Positions 12,455 through 25,957 of a stretch of DNA of 64,000 nucleotides are shown in pieces. Source of the DNA: Neocallimastix sp. 'constans'. Taxonomy: Eukaryota. A program made the translations under genes and the position numbers. The stretch is from the NCBI GenBank assembly GCA_050613775.1, contig JBODTK010000114.1, positions 186,001 through 250,000 on the forward strand, given 5' to 3'. Positions within the stretch are counted from its first letter, which is position 1, and each line of letters begins with the position of its first letter. Below the pieces are notes generated by a model, which had not been told where the DNA came from, searched no databases, and saw only the letters and a list, made by a program, of their open reading frames with translations.

Positions 12455-12719
12455 ATTAGATTTTAAAATTTAATTAAATGATATTAAATTTATGTTTTGA
12501 ATAATAAAAATTATTTTATATTAATTAAGGTTTGAATATTTCATTTTTATAATCAATGTTTAAGGTTTAGTATTAATAACCTTAATTAGTAATAATATGC
12601 TTACCAGTAATAACAAATGGTCAATTTAAATATATGAGAAAAAAATTAATTAATAATTACTCATATTTATCTTTACATAGTTATTTAAAACATTTCCTTA
12701 AATAATTTTTTAATACTTA
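12228..12719. repeat. ~57 bp inverted repeats around a ~375 bp spacer, MITE-like
   Basis: aagtattaaaaaattatttaaggaaaatgttttaaataactatgtaaagataaatat is inverted at 12663-12718 with one indel. Confidence 0.7.
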
Positions 12720-12759
12720 TATTTTTAAGTATATCTTTTTTTTTTTTCCCTTTTTGATA

Positions 12760-12799
<40 letters not shown>

Positions 12800-12949
12800 T
12801 TTAAAATAGTTTAGAGAATATAATAATTATAGTAATATAATGTTTAAATTTTTATTCAAAATAAAATAAAATATTTTATTTTGAATAAAAATTTAATGTC
12901 ATTTTATAATTAATATTAAGTAATTGTATATCTCAAAATTTTTTAAAAG

Positions 12950-12983
<34 letters not shown>

Positions 12984-13127
12984 TTTTTTTTTAAAATAAT
13001 TAGAATATTTTGAGAAATGATTAATAATATTGAAAATTTAAATAAATAAGAAAAGTTTTTTTTTTTTTTTTTCAAATTAAAAATTAATGTCCTTACTGAT
13101 GTTAACTATATGGGATATAAGTAATAG

Positions 13128-13167
<40 letters not shown>

Positions 13168-13473
13168 ACAATTATATTTAATAAAGTTTACAATAAAATT
13201 TTTGGTAAAATTTTTTACATTTTTTAACTCATAATCATAAAAATATTGGTATAATTGTAAAAATATATATATATATATATAATTATATTAAATTTTAATT
13301 AAAAAAATATATATTAGAAAACAAAAAAAAAAAAATAATAAAAATAAAAATAAAAGGGTTATTTTTTAATAAGTATTAATATAATATATTTTAAAAAAAA
13401 TATATATATATATATATTTTATATAGATAGTAATTATAATAATAATTTAATTAAGAAATTTAAATATTATAAA

Positions 13474-13516
<43 letters not shown>

Positions 13517-13546
13517 ATCCAATTTTTTATTAAAAAAAAAAATAAT

Positions 13547-13577
<31 letters not shown>

Positions 13578-13589
13578 GTAATAATTAAA

Positions 13590-14401
13590 ATGAAATTTTC
13601 AGCTATTAATTACTACGGTTGTTCGGAGAGGTTTACCTATAGCTTCCGTTAGTAAATATATTTTTTAAAAAAGTACTTCTTGGTAAAAAGTTGCTTCTCC
13701 AGATATTCCAAGGGGTGGGTGAGGGCTTTTGATTAATAAATAACTTAATTTGAAGAATTCATAAAAAAAAAAAAAATTATTGATAGTTAGTGCTGTTGAT
13801 GTATAAGGGGAGGGGAGGATAATGATAATGATTCGGAAGTTGAAGACATAGACTTTACTACAATTTCGATTGTAGTTGAAGAAGCTACCGATACAGAAGA
13901 CGACTCTAATATAACGAAGTCGTTGATATAAATAAAACTACTGAAGATGATGAAAGATTCAGCCAATGATAAAACTGAATCTTCTGATAGAGAAAAGTAT
14001 AAAGAAAGACATGAAAAAGGCTGATGAAAGGGCTTCCCTCCACCGATTGATATTGATGAAATTGAGAAGGATTAATGAATAAAAATGGTAACTACAGGCG
14101 TTAAAAAAAAAAAGGAAGGAAATGTTCATCTGAAAAAGAAAGAAGTTTTCTCTTGAAAAATTTTTATGATGTTATGAATTCTGCTTAATGAAAATAGAAT
14201 CCATTGAAGGAAGTAGTAGTCAAGATGAATGGACCAGAAGAACCAAGTTGAAAAATCAAGTGAAGGTCGTCCAAGTAAAAGAAGTATCTGAAACTTTTTT
14301 TTTTTTTTTAAGATGAATCCAACATAAGGATTTCAATGATAATGGTACTTGTACTTTCCATGATACTAATCGTGAAGATTATGGTTTCACAAATATTACT
14401 G

Positions 14402-14435
<34 letters not shown>

Positions 14436-14573
14436 AATGTGTTAATAATAAGTGTTGTTGTTTTTTTTTTTTAAAAAAAAAAAAATCAACAATAGTATTT
14501 GTTAATCCATAATGTTATTTTTAACTCCAGGACTGGTGAATAAATTAATTCATATTGCTGGTATTGAAGATTT

Positions 14574-14613
<40 letters not shown>

Positions 14614-15130
14614 TTACTTGTAAAAGGTACTATTGAAGATATTCGGTACAGCTGAATAAGGGGATGTGGTTGGAAGGAAAAAAAAAAAAATAAAATAAAA
14701 TCAATTCCATCTTCCTTATTATAAAACTAAATCAACATGAGTCTCTAGTCATTAGTCATTCCAAAATTCAGATGACCACCCCAGTTTTCCAGATGCTGTT
14801 ATGATTACTATTCATTTCAAAAAAAAAAAAAAGCCAAAGACGTCATGTCATGTCATGGGGGAGATTAGCTGATGGTTTTCTATGGTCTTGAAATGTCAAT
14901 AATTTAGATGGTGGACCAGACTGGTTGGACCAGGTAAAACCAATGGAAGAATTAAAAGGTTGATGTGATGAACGATGAAAAAAAAAAAAAAAAAAAAGAT
15001 GTTTCCTTTAGCCAATGTTATTTTCATTAACTGTGAAATTAGAAGGAATATCCATCTTGTTTTTTAATGGTAAGAGGGCCGATGACAATAATCCACAGGG
15101 GTCTTGTAGGATGTAGGATTGGATTATACT
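13590..15130 (+). pseudogene. Heavily decayed ORF of a probable secreted protein, family unrecognised
   Basis: aaaATG gives MKFSAI(I)TTVV...IASVS with one frameshift. It is followed by an acidic stretch DNDNDSEVEDIDFTTISIVVEEATDTEDDS and fragments such as DFNDNGTCTFHDTNREDYGFTNIT and DDHPSFPDAVMITIHF, broken by stops and poly(A). Confidence 0.45.
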
Positions 15131-15412
15131 TTTTTGTTTCCATGTTTTAGAAAAGCACTTAAAAAAAAACACTATTTTATTTTCAATGTAAAGCCAAATT
15201 AAAAAAAAAAAAAAAAAAAAGAATTTTTTTCTTTTTTTTTTTTTTTTTTTTTCTATTTGAACAACAATTTTCTTCAATTAATGACAGATGTTTTGATTAA
15301 TGCTAACATTTATATAGTTTTGTAAAAAAATTTTTCAAACTTTAGGAGAAATGCTAAATGCCACCACCACAAAGATAAGGTCATGTTTTTTTGCTCTTGA
15401 TGTTCCCTGTCT

Positions 15413-15570
15413 ATACTATGTAAATTTAGATTCTCTGTGAATTTAAATACTATGCGAATTTAAATACTATGTGAATTTAAATACTATGTGAATTTAAATA
15501 CTATGTGAATTTAAATGTTATGTGAATTTAGATTCTATGTGAATTAAAATATACTATTGGAATTTAAATC
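15413..15570. repeat. 17 bp minisatellite TACTATGTGAATTTAAA, about 8-9 copies
   Basis: Direct tandem copies with few substitutions. Confidence 0.9.
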
Positions 15571-15811
15571 CACATGGATAAATACAAAGATTTCCTTTGG
15601 GTAGATTCCCAATATGATTTACTTCAAGTTCTTACGGAAGGAGCTACTTCCGTTAGTAATAGTAATTATTTTCCTATATGAAAGTGTTGTGACTACCTCT
15701 ATATTCCCAATAAATAGTAATAATAATAATAATATTATTATTATTATTAATTATTATTATTATTAATTATTATTATTATTATTTTTATTTTTATTATTTT
15801 TATTATTTTTA

Positions 15812-15848
<37 letters not shown>

Positions 15849-16633
15849 CACTACTTGAAATTAAGAAAATTTTATCATCATTAGAAATGAAAGTTCACAT
15901 TTAAAAGTGAACATTAAGGAACCATCATCATCATCATCCTTATCATATAATAGTAAGTATTAACATGCCTACACCTACACACCCATACACAAAAAAAAAA
16001 AAAAAATTCTATAATTCTTTATAAGACCAATCGTAATCATCAGTATTTTAATTAATCCCTTTAAAAAAAAAAATTATCATATAAAAAAAAAAAAAAAGAA
16101 AAAAAAAAAACTGTTTTATTAAGAAGGGCCCTTAATAGGGACAGGTCTATACCCCCTATGATAATTTAATATTTAATATTTTTAAATTTTATCGATTTCT
16201 ATTGTTTTTATATATATATATATTTTATTTTATTTTATTTTTATTTTTATCTAAAGGAAAAAAATTATTTTTTTATTTATCATTATTTTTTTATTATTTC
16301 TATTTAGTTAGTAATTAATTAGTAAATATGATAAAATAAAGGAAAATATAAATAAATAAATAATAAATAATAAATATATAAATATATAAATAATAATCGA
16401 ATAATAATTAATTAAATAATTGAATAATAAATAATAAATAATAAATAATTGAATAGTAAATAATAATGAATAATTGAATAATTGAATAATTGAATAATTG
16501 AATAATAAATAATAAATAATTGAATAATAAATAATAAATAATTGAATAATAAATAATAAATAAATAAATAGTATAAATAAATGATAAGGAATGATTCATT
16601 TATTATTTTTTCTGAGAGTTATGAGTGACCGTA

Positions 16634-16672
<39 letters not shown>

Positions 16673-19372
16673 AAACAAGCGTTTTATTTTTTTTTTTTTT
16701 TATTTTTTAGTAAAGTTATGTATAATAATTATAAATTTAGTATGAATATACTTTTTGTATGTTACGTTATATATATTATATGTACATCTATATATCCATA
16801 TATATTTATATTTATATTATTTTTATTTATATTTATATTATTTATATTTATATTTATATTATTTATATTTATATTTATATATATATAAATTTTTTTTTTT
16901 GGGTTTATCCAAACTTTTTTTTAATTATTATTATTATTATTATTATTATTAACATTTAATCTATTCACTTTTTTTTTTTTTTTTTTTTTTGGTTCTCTTT
17001 CATCATTGGATAATGCAAAAAGAATAAATGAATGAATGAATAATTAATTAATTAAATAAATAAATTTATTTTGTTTAATTCTATTTGTGATATACAAAAT
17101 AACACAAAAACTCATTATAATTCTCCCATTTAACTTTTTATTTAAAATTTTATTTTCTTTTTATGCATATATATTTATTTTATTTTATATATAAAATAGT
17201 TAATTTTTATATATTAATTTTTATATACATATATATACATATATATTTATATATATTATATATTATTATATGTTGTTTTTTTTATAGATAGATTGGGATG
17301 AAAATGAAATTGTAATTTGAAATGATGAGTAATTAAAAAAAAAAAAAAAGTAATCATGAGTTTAAATATTAAATAAATATTTTTTTATCACTTCTAAAAT
17401 AATTTTTCTTTTATTATTTTTTTTTTTAAAAAACAAAATATATATACATAAATTTATAAATTATATATATTTTATATATGATATGAAACATGAAACATTT
17501 AAAAAAAATATTTTTTTTTCTTTTTTTTTTTTTCTTTTTTTTGTTATTTATTAATTTATGATCTACTCATTATACAGGATCATAATATGATTTTTTTTTT
17601 TTTAAAAAAATGTTTTTATACAAAGAAGGAAATAAAGGAAAAAGTTAAAAAAAAAAAAAAAAAGGAAATAGGAAAAGAAATAGAAATAAAAAATTAAAGT
17701 AAAAAAAAAAATAAAAATAGGAATAGGAATAAATAAAAAAAAAATGGTTAAATTAATTTAACCATTGAATTCAAAAACTTTAAAAAAAAAAAAAAAGAAT
17801 TAAAGTTTAAAAATTCTTTCCATTACATTAAAATAAAAAATAAAAATAAAAATAAAGAAAATTAGAAAAAAAAATTCCGTTTTTAAATCTTTTTTTTTTT
17901 TTTTTGTTTTATTTTTATAAATAAATTATTTATTAAAAAATTTGTTCATTTTGAAAAAAAAAATTTTTTTAATAATTAATTTTTCTTTTTTTATTTTTTA
18001 TATTTATTTCTGTTTCTATTTCTATTTCTATTATTTTGAATAGAAATATTAATATTGTTATGAATATAAATAATAATTATTTTTAAAGTGATGAAGAAGA
18101 AGAAGATGATGGTGATGATGATGAAAATAATTTATAATAACTGGAATTTTTTTTTAATGAAATTTTACATACCTTTTTTTTATTCTTATTATTTTTGTTA
18201 TTTTTTATATATATATATTTTATTAATTTTATTTTGAAAAGAAAATGAAATTATAAAATGTACAAATAGAAATAGAAATAGAAACAGAAATTAAATAGAT
18301 GGAAAATAGAAATATTTTATAATAAACAATTAAAAAAATAGGAAATAGACTATAAGGGTTAGTTTAATCGATCGATCGATCAATCAATAAAATTATATTC
18401 GTTTTTAATTTTATTATTATTATTATTATTTATTTATTTATTTTATTTATTAATGAAGGAAAGAAGGAATTCACTCTATATAAAAAAAAAAGTTAGTGGA
18501 AATGTTTACATTGAATGTTTCATTATTCTTTCCTTTATTTCATATTCCATGCCAATAAATAAATAAAAAAATAAATAAATAAAAAATACATAAAATAAAT
18601 AATAAATAAATAAATAAATAAAATAGATAAATAAATAAATAAAATAGATAAATAAATATATATATACTTTATATACATTATAATTTTTTTTTTAAAAAAA
18701 ATATTTTACATTATCTTTTTTTATTTTTTTTTTCCTCAGTATCATCCATTTATATATATATTTTTATTTAATTCTTTTTTTTTTTTTTCTTATTTTTCTC
18801 ACTTTATTTTGTTACAAAAATTGTTTTTTTTATTTTTATATTTTCAATATTTTTTTTTATTTATTTTTAATTTCTTATTTATTATTATTTATTGTGTATA
18901 AATTGTGTGAGGAAGAAGAAGAAGTAGAAGAAGATGATGACAAAGAAAAAAAAAAAGAAAAAAAAAAAAAGTGGATGATGACACAAAACAATAATTGAAT
19001 ATAAAAAGACCAACCATTAATTAAATTTCATTTCATTTAATTAAATTTCATTTCATTTAATTTCGTTTAATTTAATTTAAATAGTAATGGATTGTTAATA
19101 TTTATAAAAAAATAAAATATAATTAAAATTAAAATAAAAATATGATCTATAGAATAATATATAGAATAATATATATAGTAATATATGCAATAATATATAT
19201 ATTTTTTATTTTTTTTTTCTTATTCTAATAAATGGTTGGATGATGTAAAAATAAAAAATTAAAAAAAAATTTACTAATCATTAAGATTTGTTATTAATTT
19301 ACATGAACATGAACTTAAAAAACTTTATTTAGGTATTTATCATGAAATTTGACTCATAATAGCATAACAAAA

Positions 19373-19423
<51 letters not shown>

Positions 19424-19503
19424 AAAGTGAATGCTTGATACATTAATGAATAAATTATGAAAGTAAATAAAAAATAAATAAATAGTAATAAATAATTTGT
19501 TAA

Positions 19504-19536
<33 letters not shown>

Positions 19537-21009
19537 ATTTTAATGTACCAATGTATAATAAATAGATAGATATTTAGATAATTTTAAATAGTATTTTTTT
19601 TTTCTAATTCCAAAGAATATAATTATTTATCATTGTAAACCTATTTGGTTGTTTTATAATAATAAATTTATTAATATAAATATAATTACAATTATCTATT
19701 TATTATTTATATAATTATTATCATTTATTTATTTATTATTTATTAATTAATTATTAATTATTTATTAATTATTTTTTTTATGACACAAGAAATGGTACTA
19801 TTCATTATTAAATATACATTTTGTATTTTTTTTATTTGCAATAAGTTAATATAATATAATATAATATAATATAATAAATTATTATATTATATACAAATTT
19901 ATTTTTAATTTTTTGTTGCTGTTGTAATCCTTTTTGTTAATTCGGTTATTATGCATTATTATAAATTTTTTTTGTACTTTTAATACATTTTTTGTTTTTT
20001 ATTTTTTATCTTGTAAAAATTCTTTTTTTGGACTTTAATGTATTTTGTAATATTTTGTTACAGAGAGTAACTATTTTTTTAGAGTAACTATTTTTTTTTT
20101 TATAAATTTATTTTTAATTCTTTTTATATTATTTTGTACTTTTTTAATGATTTTTTTTCTTGTATTTTATATTTTATGATTATTTTTTTTTGTTTTATAA
20201 AAATAAAAATATATATTTTTTTTTTTTTTTTTTTTGTTAATTTTATAAAATTTATTTTTATTTTTATTTATTATGAGCAGAAAAAAAATAATTAAAAGAA
20301 ATTAATAAAAATAAAAATAAAAAAAACAATAAAAAAAATTTAAAAAAAAAAAAAAAATTTAAAAATTAAAACAATATTTTTTTAATGTTATATATTTAAT
20401 AATAATCTATATTTTTTTATTTATTATATTTTCTTTTTTTTTTTAATTAAATTGTTTTAATTTTGTTTTAGCCTATTGATTTCACAACTACCATATATTA
20501 ACAATATATTCTAACTATATGATTATTCATGCATAAAACATCCCAACAAAAAATAAAATAAATAAATGGATAATATTATACATTATAAAAATTTATATAT
20601 ATAAATATAAATTTATATATTAAAATAAAAAATTTATATTAAATATTTATATACATATATATAATTTTTTTTATTTAAAAGAAATTAAAAAAAAAAAAAA
20701 AGAAATTGATTAAAATTATTTTTGAAAAATAAATAATAAATAAAATTTATTAAAATTTTAAGTTTTAAATTTTAAATTTTTAATTTTTTTATTTTTTTTT
20801 ACTTTATTTTATTAATTAATTTCATTAACTTTAATTTTTATTATTTTTATTGATTTATTATTTTTTTTTTATTGATTTAAAGAACATGCTTTTTTCTTTT
20901 TCTTTTTCTTTATTTTATTTTTATAAGGTTTTTTTTTTAAGGTTTTTATTTTAATTTTTTTTTCTTTAATGAAAGTCGGAAAAAATTTATATTTCTCTTT
21001 TCCTAATAT

Positions 21010-21120
21010 AATATTATATTATATTATATTATATTATATTATATTATATTATATTATATTATATTATATTATATTATATTATATTATATTATATTATATT
21101 ATATTATATTATATTATACT
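21010..21120. repeat. (TATTA)n microsatellite
   Basis: Perfect pentanucleotide run. Confidence 0.95.
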
Positions 21121-22290
21121 ATATTTTTTGAAAAAGAACAGAAATAGTAAAAAAAAAAAGGGTTTTTAAAAGTTAATAAATAAATAAATAAATAAATTTT
21201 ATTCATTTGGTTTAGTAAAGAAAAATAAAAATAAATAAATAGATAAATAAATGAATAGTTGTTTACTGGTAGAGTAAAATAATTAACATCGATAGTGAAT
21301 ACCAAGCAAGGCTATAACGGCAACCAATATTTTGTTTTATATAAATTTTTTTAATTTTTATTTTTTATTTTATTTTATTTCTTGCCTTATTTTGTTATTT
21401 CTCAAATATATTTAGAGTGATAGTAACAACAATTAATACTAACAATAATGAATACACCATATTAAGAAATAAAAAATAAATTTTTTTTTAAAAAAAAAAA
21501 TATTGAAGATAAAAATGAAATGATACTAAAAAGTATAAATTTGTTGGTTTAGTAAAAAAAAAAAAAAAATAAAATAAATTTGAAATTTTGTATTTAAAAT
21601 AGAAAATATATATATTTATATTTATTTAAAGTTTAAAGTTATTATTTATTTTATTTTATTATATTTTATTATAATTTTTTTTTGTTACTATCATAATTAT
21701 TTATTCCATCCATTTAATTATTATTATTATTATTATTAAATAAAGAAATTAGGATAAAAAGTTAAAAAATTTACTCTCTATATAATTAATATAATATAAA
21801 CATTGTTCTGTTTTTATATTTATATTTATTTTTTATTTTATTAATATTTTATTATTAATGTTATTTTTTTTTTTTTCATATATATTTATTAATATTTATA
21901 TACATTATTATATTTGCATTCAATGATAATCCATTTTTAAAAAAGTATCTAATTATAATAGTTAGGTAACAGCAATAAAATAAAACAATACAGGTTTTTT
22001 TTAAAAAAGAAAAAAAATATATATATATATATATATAATTTTTGTAAATAATAATAATAAAATAACATCAATAATAATACTTATATACTAAATATTTAAT
22101 ATTATCGTATGTATAAAAAGTATTTGTTTTTCTATTATTATTATTATTATTATTTAAAAATACATTTATTAATAAATGTATCTTTTTGTTTAATTATTTT
22201 TATTTTAAAATAGACAAAAATAAATAAAAAAAAAATTGACCACAAAAATTTTATTTTAAAATGTTCCAAAAAAGACTTTATATTTAATAT

Positions 22291-22331
<41 letters not shown>

Positions 22332-23069
22332 GAAAAATATATATATAAAATTAAATATAAAAATATAAAAATAAATAAATATAAAAATAAATAAATAAAA
22401 AAGAATTTTTATATCAATTTTTCCATAATTTTTATTATTATTATTTTTTTTTTTTTTTAAAAAAAAAGGTTCTTTGATGACGTTGTACTTTTCCTTCTTT
22501 TTTTTTTTTTTTTTTTTAATTAGAGGGGGAAAATTATTGAATATATAATATATATCAAAATAAAAAAAAAATTACAAAAATAGTTATTTTTTAATTTTTT
22601 TATTTTAATCTTTAGAATATCTAATAAAAAAAAAAAAAGAATGATAATGAATTATTATTGATTTAAAAAATTAATTAATCAATATGCTATAAAACATTAG
22701 TAGGTAACATTGCTTTAATGTTGAATATAGTCAAAATAAAATTATAAATAAATAAATAAATAAATAGTAAAGTCACGTCACAATAAAGATAATAAATTAT
22801 TAATAATTAAATAATAAATAATTAATAATTAAATAATAGATAATAATCAATAATCAATAATCAATAATTAAATATTAAATTAAAAAATAATTAAATAATT
22901 ATTAATAAATGATTAAATAATTATTAATGAATAATTAAATATCATATTATAAATATCATATTGTAAATACCTTTTTGTAAATATTTATATATCACCATAA
23001 TTTATAATAAATTATTTATATAAAAATACCATATATCAATAAATCGAAAAAAAACAAAAAACAATATTA

Positions 23070-23300
23070 AAATATTATATTGTTATAAATACAAAAGCAA
23101 TATTTATATTAATGATTAAATATTATATTGTTATAAATACAAAAGCAATATTTATATTAATGATTAAATATTATATTGTCGTAAAATTATTAATATCATA
23201 AAAGCAATATTTATACTAATGATTAAATATTATATTGTAAAATTATTAATATCATAAAAGCAATTACTTATATTGTCATAAATTATTAATATCATAAAAC
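23070..23300. repeat. Degenerate ~48-60 bp tandem repeat
   Basis: Repeated aaatattatattgt...aaaagcaatatttatattaatgatt units. Confidence 0.8.
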
Positions 23301-25926
23301 AATAAATCAATCAATAATTAAATATCATTTAATAAATTCTTTGGCAATAAATAAAAAGTATAAAAAAAAATACTTTATATAATTTTAATATTAAAAAACA
23401 AAGTTAAAAATGGAGATATTTATAATATTATAAAAATATATATGTTATTATAATAATAATAAAGAAAATATATATATATATTAAATCTTTTTATATATAT
23501 ATATAGATATAGTATTTATATGTATATAAAAGATTAATATCATCATTAGGGATACTTTTAATAATTTATTCATTTTAATTCAATAAATAATTAAATACAA
23601 TTTATATAAATATATTTTTTTATTGTTTTATTTTATTTTATTTTTATTTTAATTCTGAAATCCATGTTGATAATATAAGAATCAATTGGATTTTAATAAA
23701 TAATAAAATATAATATGAATACCTATTCCTATTTTTTAAAATATATATATATATATATTTTTTTTTACAAATAACAAAAAAATAACATAAAAAAAATATA
23801 TACATATATCTATTAAAAAAATTTTTTTTTTTTTTTTAGTGATTTACTTTTTATTTATGGTCATGTTACGTTACACATCTTCTTCCTACGATATATTCAT
23901 CTTTATATTCTATCCATTTAATTTAATTTAATTTTTTTAGGTAACCTAAAAAAAAAAAAAAAATACTAATAATACTAATAATACTAATAAAAAATTTTTA
24001 TTTAAAAATAACATATAAAATCTTTATAAAACAAATATATATAAACAAACCAACAAACAAATCTATCTCTTTATCTATATATATTAAATATATAAATACT
24101 AGTAAATATTAATAAATATTAATAAATATTATAAATGTTAATAAAAATTTCATGTTTTATCGATATACACCATTTTAAAGCATAATAAAAAAAAAAAAAA
24201 AAGTTGAAATATTTAAAAAAAAAAAATTGAAAATAAAATAAAATTTTTTTACTATATATGGTAATTATTACCAATAAAAATACAATAATTAATAATAATA
24301 ATATTTAAATAAAATTAACTAATAATACTATTTATCTATTTCTCCAGAGAATAAAATAACGAACAAACGGTATTAATAGATTATTAAGATATGATTTTAT
24401 TATATATCATTTTATTATATAATAAAATAAAGTAATAAAATGCAAAAAAAAAATAAAAAAAAATAAAAAAAAATAAAAAAAAAAAAAGAATGCTTTACTT
24501 TATTAATTATTGCTAAAATATCATATATATTTTTTTATTATTGCTACCTATAAATATCTATTTATATAATTTATATAATAAAAAAATAGAAATATAATAA
24601 TCAACAATATAAATTAAAAAAAAAAAAAAATAGAAAAGACAAAAAAGAAAAAAAGAATAATCTTTTTTTTTTTTTTTGTATTTAATAACACAAAAAAAAT
24701 AATTAAAAATATTTTATTGATTGATTATTAATGAAGATTCATCAATTTATCAATATATATAAAAGTAAATATAAAAAATAAATTCATTTTTTGGAATAAA
24801 TATATATAAATCTATAAATATAAATAAATATAAATAAATATAAATAAATTTAATAAATATAAATAAATATATACATAAATTTAATAATTATATATAAATA
24901 TAAATAAATTTAATATAATTTTATATATAATATTTAAATAACAAAAAAAAAAAAAAAAAAAAAATGGAGATGACATCATTTCATCATGATTTCATCATCA
25001 TCATTATTTCATCACCTGTATATACATCATATATAATATATATTCATCTATATATGTATTACATATATATAATATATATACATATTTTTTTTTATGTAAT
25101 TTATACGAAAATAAAAATTAAAAAAAAAAAGTTCAAAAAATATATATATATACATTATATACAAAAAGAGTATTATTTAATTATAGTTTATATGTTCATT
25201 TTATAATAAATTATATTAATAATATATATTATAATTAATAGGACATGACATGACATGACATGACATGACGTAAGTTTTATTTTATTATTTAATTCTTTTT
25301 CTATTTTTTATTAATAAAATAATCTATCATAAATACATATTAATAAATAAGATAAAGGGAAAAAAAAAATTTTTTTTTTTTTTTAGAAATGGAAAATTTA
25401 TATATATATATATATATTTTTTTTTTTTTTCTTGAAGTTAAATAATATATATTATTATTATTTTACTTAATATAGTCCTTAAAAGTGAAGATATAACGGA
25501 GAAAAAAAAAATAAAAAAAAGGTATTTTCTTATTTAGTTTTTAGTTTTTTCTTTTCTTATATATATATATAATAATAGTAATTTTTAAATTTAATTTTTT
25601 TTTTATCAAAGACTATATTTATTCATCAACTTTTATTTCTATATTAACTCAATAGAAATAACAGTAAACCAAACTATTGAAATAGTTTTTTTTTATTTCT
25701 CAATATAATTTAATTTTTTAATAAATAAATAAATAAATAAAACTTTTAAATAAATAAATAAATAAATTAATAATAAAGAAATATATATGTATATATTTCT
25801 TTATTTATTAAATAATTATAATAATAATAATAATAATAATACTAAAAAGATTTACAAAATGAATGTTACTATTATTTCTACTAATATACAATAATAAACA
25901 ATGATAAAAATTATTAACAATTAATA

Positions 25927-25957
<31 letters not shown>

